DNA of 37,166 nt from Octopus bimaculoides. Taxonomy: Eukaryota. Positions 34,481-37,166 of the stretch are shown here, piece by piece. A program made the translations under genes and the position numbers. The stretch covers positions 60,168,543-60,205,708 of the forward strand of contig NC_068990.1 in NCBI RefSeq assembly GCF_001194135.2. The letters run 5' to 3'. The notes below the pieces were generated by a model. The model was given only the letters and a program-made list of their open reading frames with translations. It had not been told where the DNA came from and did no database searches. Each line of letters begins with the position of its first letter. Position 1 is the first letter of the stretch.

Positions 34481-34790
34481 GTAAAAATGCATCAATCCAA
34501 AATGAGGAATTGATAGAATAGCACAAGTGTTGGAGTGGATGTCTTGATGTGTTTGTTCTGACTCTTTGCAGTCTGAGTTCAATTGGTACCATGGCCTAAT
34601 TGGGTGGTGGACTAAATTTGTCATCTTGCTTTATATCACCACCAGGTACTTTGAGGTACCTTTTGTAGAGTTCCCTCTATTGTCAGCAATGAAGTTACAA
34701 CTCCAATTTGAGGGGACTTTTCTCCCTTTCTCCTTCCCACTTGTCTTGGAGACCCTCTAAAGGATTGTGGGAAATGATTTCCCTGCAGAT

Positions 34791-34928
34791 TATCTTTTAC
34801 CTTTTACTTGTTGCAGTCTTTGGATTGTAGCCATGCTGGGGCACCACTTTGAAGAGTTTAGTTGTAAAAAGATCAACCCCCGGTACTTATTTTTAAGTCT
34901 GCTACTCACTCTGTTGGTCTCTTTTTGA
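34791..34928 (-). mobile_element. SINE family A terminal tail
   Basis: CTTTTACTTGTTGCAGTCTTTGGATTGTAGCCATGCTGGGGCACCAC. Confidence 0.75.
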
Positions 34929-34939
34929 TGAGAAACCTC

Positions 34940-35180
34940 ATAGATATGCACTCCATAGATATGCATATCCTTAACATAGTTTTCTGGCAGATTCAGCATG
35001 ACACACTGAATGTGACAAGGCTGGCCCTTTGAAATACAGGTACTACTCATTTTTGCCAGCTGAGTGGACTGGAGCAATGTGAAATAAAGTGTCTTGCTCA
35101 AGACACTTGCCATTGAGAACTGAACTCCTGGCCTTACGGTCATGAGCTGAATACTGTAACCACTAAGTCATGCGCCTTCA
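34940..35180 (-). mobile_element. SINE family B, tail type 2
   Basis: Head GTGAAGGCGCATGACTTAGTGG, core TTGAGCAAGACACTTTATTTCACATTGCTCCAGTCCACTCAGCTGGC, tail TTTCAAAGGGCCAGCCTTGTCAC. Confidence 0.85.
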
Positions 35181-35460
35181 CAAATAACCAAGTGTTTGAC
35201 AGCCTCATAATTAATTTGTTGGCAAGTTTGCTTTGCCATCAAGCGTCCATTAAACCATATGAAGTTTAAGGTGAAAACCACTAAATCAAAAGGTTATAGA
35301 ATTCCTATTAAGTTGTGGAAATTGAGACAGAAAAAAATAGAAATGTAATAAAACAGTGAATTATGTTTTATTAAGTAAGCATAAACTTTAGAGATATTCA
35401 GGTGTGAAAAATGTGAAATTATACCATTTATGCCTTTCCTTAAAACATTAGATCTGTAAG

Positions 35461-35565
35461 CTGACAAGCATGGCTATATTGTTTAAGAGTTTGGCATGCA
35501 GCCACATGATTCTTGGTTCGATCTCACTGTACAGCCTTTTAGACAAGTGTCTTTTACACAGCATC
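35461..35565 (+). mobile_element. Diverged SINE family A head
   Basis: GCATGGCTATATTG...CCACATGATTCTTGGTTCGATCTCACTG...GACAAGTGTCTT. Confidence 0.6.
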
Positions 35566-35664
35566 AAGTTATAGATGTCGTTTTTGCTATCAGAGTGGTT
35601 TATTAGAAACTTGCAACTAACAACATTATTATTCAAAATTACGGTAAAAAAAACAAACAAATAG

Positions 35665-35745
35665 TACCATGTTTTCTGGCATACAAGTCGAATTTCTTAG
35701 ACAAAAATGTACACCCCAAAAGAGATAAGACTTATACACCAAGAC
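35665..35745. mobile_element. Possible pogo/Tigger-like mini element
   Basis: TACCATGTTTTCTGGCATACAAGTCG resembles Tigger-type TIRs; partial inverted partner GACTTATACACCA. Confidence 0.3.
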
Positions 35746-35814
35746 AACTTTGGAAGACTCAAAATTCCAGGTGAAATGCAGCAGGATTTGGAAAGATAAT
35801 GACAATATTTGAAT

Positions 35815-36168
35815 CTCTTATCTTTTATATTTTACTTGTTTCAGTCATTTTACTGTGGCCAAGCTGGGGTGCTGCCTTGAAGGATTTTAGTTGAACAAGT
35901 CGACCACAAGACTTCTTTTTTAAAAAGCCTATTACTAATCCCATCAGTCTCTTTTGCTGAACTGCTAAGTTATAGGAATGTAAACACACAAACACTGATT
36001 GTCAAGCGGTGGTGGAGGATAGACACAAAGAGACATACATACTTATATAAGATGGGGTTCTTTCAGTTTCCATCTACCAAATCCACTCACAAGGTTTTGG
36101 TCAGGCCAGGGCTATAGCAGAAAACACTTGTCCAAGGTACCACATAGCAGGAGTGAACTCTGGACCAT
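35815..36168 (-). mobile_element. SINE family A, missing about 50 bp of the head
   Basis: Colinear with 22549-22900. Confidence 0.85.
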
Positions 36169-36224
36169 TTCTCTTTCAAATTCTCGCTATTTCATAACTT
36201 TTATACATTAATTGGGTCAACATA

Positions 36225-36685
36225 CATATAACTTGATCTGCTAGAAATAGCAGCATAATTTCCCTGAGATCAAGCCTGACTGTCTTAAATTAGGTAAAAA
36301 TAAGACCTCATTGAATACCGTAGTCCATATATATCTAATAAAAGACAAAATAATTCATAAATATTTCATTAACTAAGAGTAACTGTCAAATGAGTGGTGT
36401 TCCAACTTGTTACCTATTGTGATATTTGTTCATTATACACAATATTGTTGCTGTTGTGCTGCTGCTGTTGTTGCTGTTACTGTTATGGTTATTGCTGTTG
36501 TTGTTGCTTAGCCTCAGACTAATCTTAATCATATTAGCATATTATAGAAGGCATTCCAGCTGTGACCATCTCATTTATTTGATGTGATTTAGGACTACTT
36601 TATCAGTATCCTTTTTCTTTTATACCTAAAACAGCAGAGTGTGGCCTATGGAATGTTTGGCTGCTATTTTTATTAGGTCAACAGA
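36225..36685. repeat. Two inverted fragments of interspersed repeat family F (about 36225-36345 and 36505-36685; a related piece lies near 24310)
   Basis: CTGCTAGAAATAGCAGCAT versus TTTGGCTGCTATTTTTATTAGG; ACCTGCTGGAAATAACAGTCAAA at 24309. Confidence 0.55.
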
Positions 36686-36820
36686 TCCCACAAAAGACCT
36701 CATAATGAGTAGTAAAAAGAATATAGGATAGTTATGTAGATAGGTAAAAATAAGATATTGTTGAATAAATCTATCACAATGTATACCTTGTAGTACTTCA
36801 TCCACTTCAGAAGAATAAAT

Positions 36821-37137
36821 AGGCACAGTGTGGCTGTGTAGTAAGAAGTCTGCTTCTCAACCACATGGTTTCAAGTTCAGTCTCACTGCATGGCACCTTG
36901 GCCAAGTGTCTTCGAATATAGCTTCAGGCTGGCCAAAACCATGTGAGTGGATTTGGTAGGTGGAAACTGGAAGAAGCTTGTTGTATGTCTGTGTGGTAAG
37001 AAGCTTGCTTCCCAACCATATGGTTCCAGGTTCAGTTCCACTGTGGCACCTTGAGCAAGTGTCTTCTACTGTAGCCTTGGGTCAACCAAAGACTTGTGAG
37101 TAGAGTTGGTAGATGGAAACTGAAAGAAGCTTGTCAT
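36821..37137 (+). mobile_element. Two tandem SINE family A heads (36821-36985 and 36989-37137)
   Basis: Both run from CTGTGTRGTAAGAAG to GGAAACTGRAAGAAGCTTGT and differ at many positions. Confidence 0.85.
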
Positions 37138-37166
37138 ATATATATATATATATATACATATATATA

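Noticed and set aside
34571-34644. 74-nt exon-like segment (SEFNWYHGLIGWWTKFVILLYITTR) with good acceptor and donor
   Set aside because: Lies next to a probable degraded SINE, has no homology I recognise, and cannot be linked to other exons. Similar isolated candidates at 6911-6942, 13706-13745, 16518-16551 (+) and 29745-29772, 36787-36804 (-) were also left uncalled.

Overview
AT-rich, repeat-dense animal genomic DNA from a short-read assembly: 11 N-gaps totalling about 3.2 kb, most bordered by (TA)n. The repeat families match those I recall from Octopus (coleoid cephalopod), so that taxon assignment is an inference. No intact protein-coding gene is recognisable; almost all ORFs in the supplied track are microsatellite or N-gap artefacts. 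Positions 1-300 form the only clearly CpG-rich island. It has two mirror-image CLEAR-like E-boxes flanking a CCAAT box, then a possible first exon encoding a signal-peptide-like start (MRRMAIAVLYLVTI), so the remainder is probably intronic. The rest is a layered transposon graveyard: several tRNA-derived SINE families, decayed RTE LINEs, a CR1/L2-like 3' end, Penelope-like RT and GIY-YIG remnants, and Tc1/mariner-, piggyBac- and hAT-type MITEs. The best observations are a degenerate minimal hammerhead ribozyme downstream of the Penelope endonuclease, and a SINE/LINE shared 3' tail with a covarying stem-loop that points to the SINE's partner LINE. I found no evidence for a wholly new biological system.
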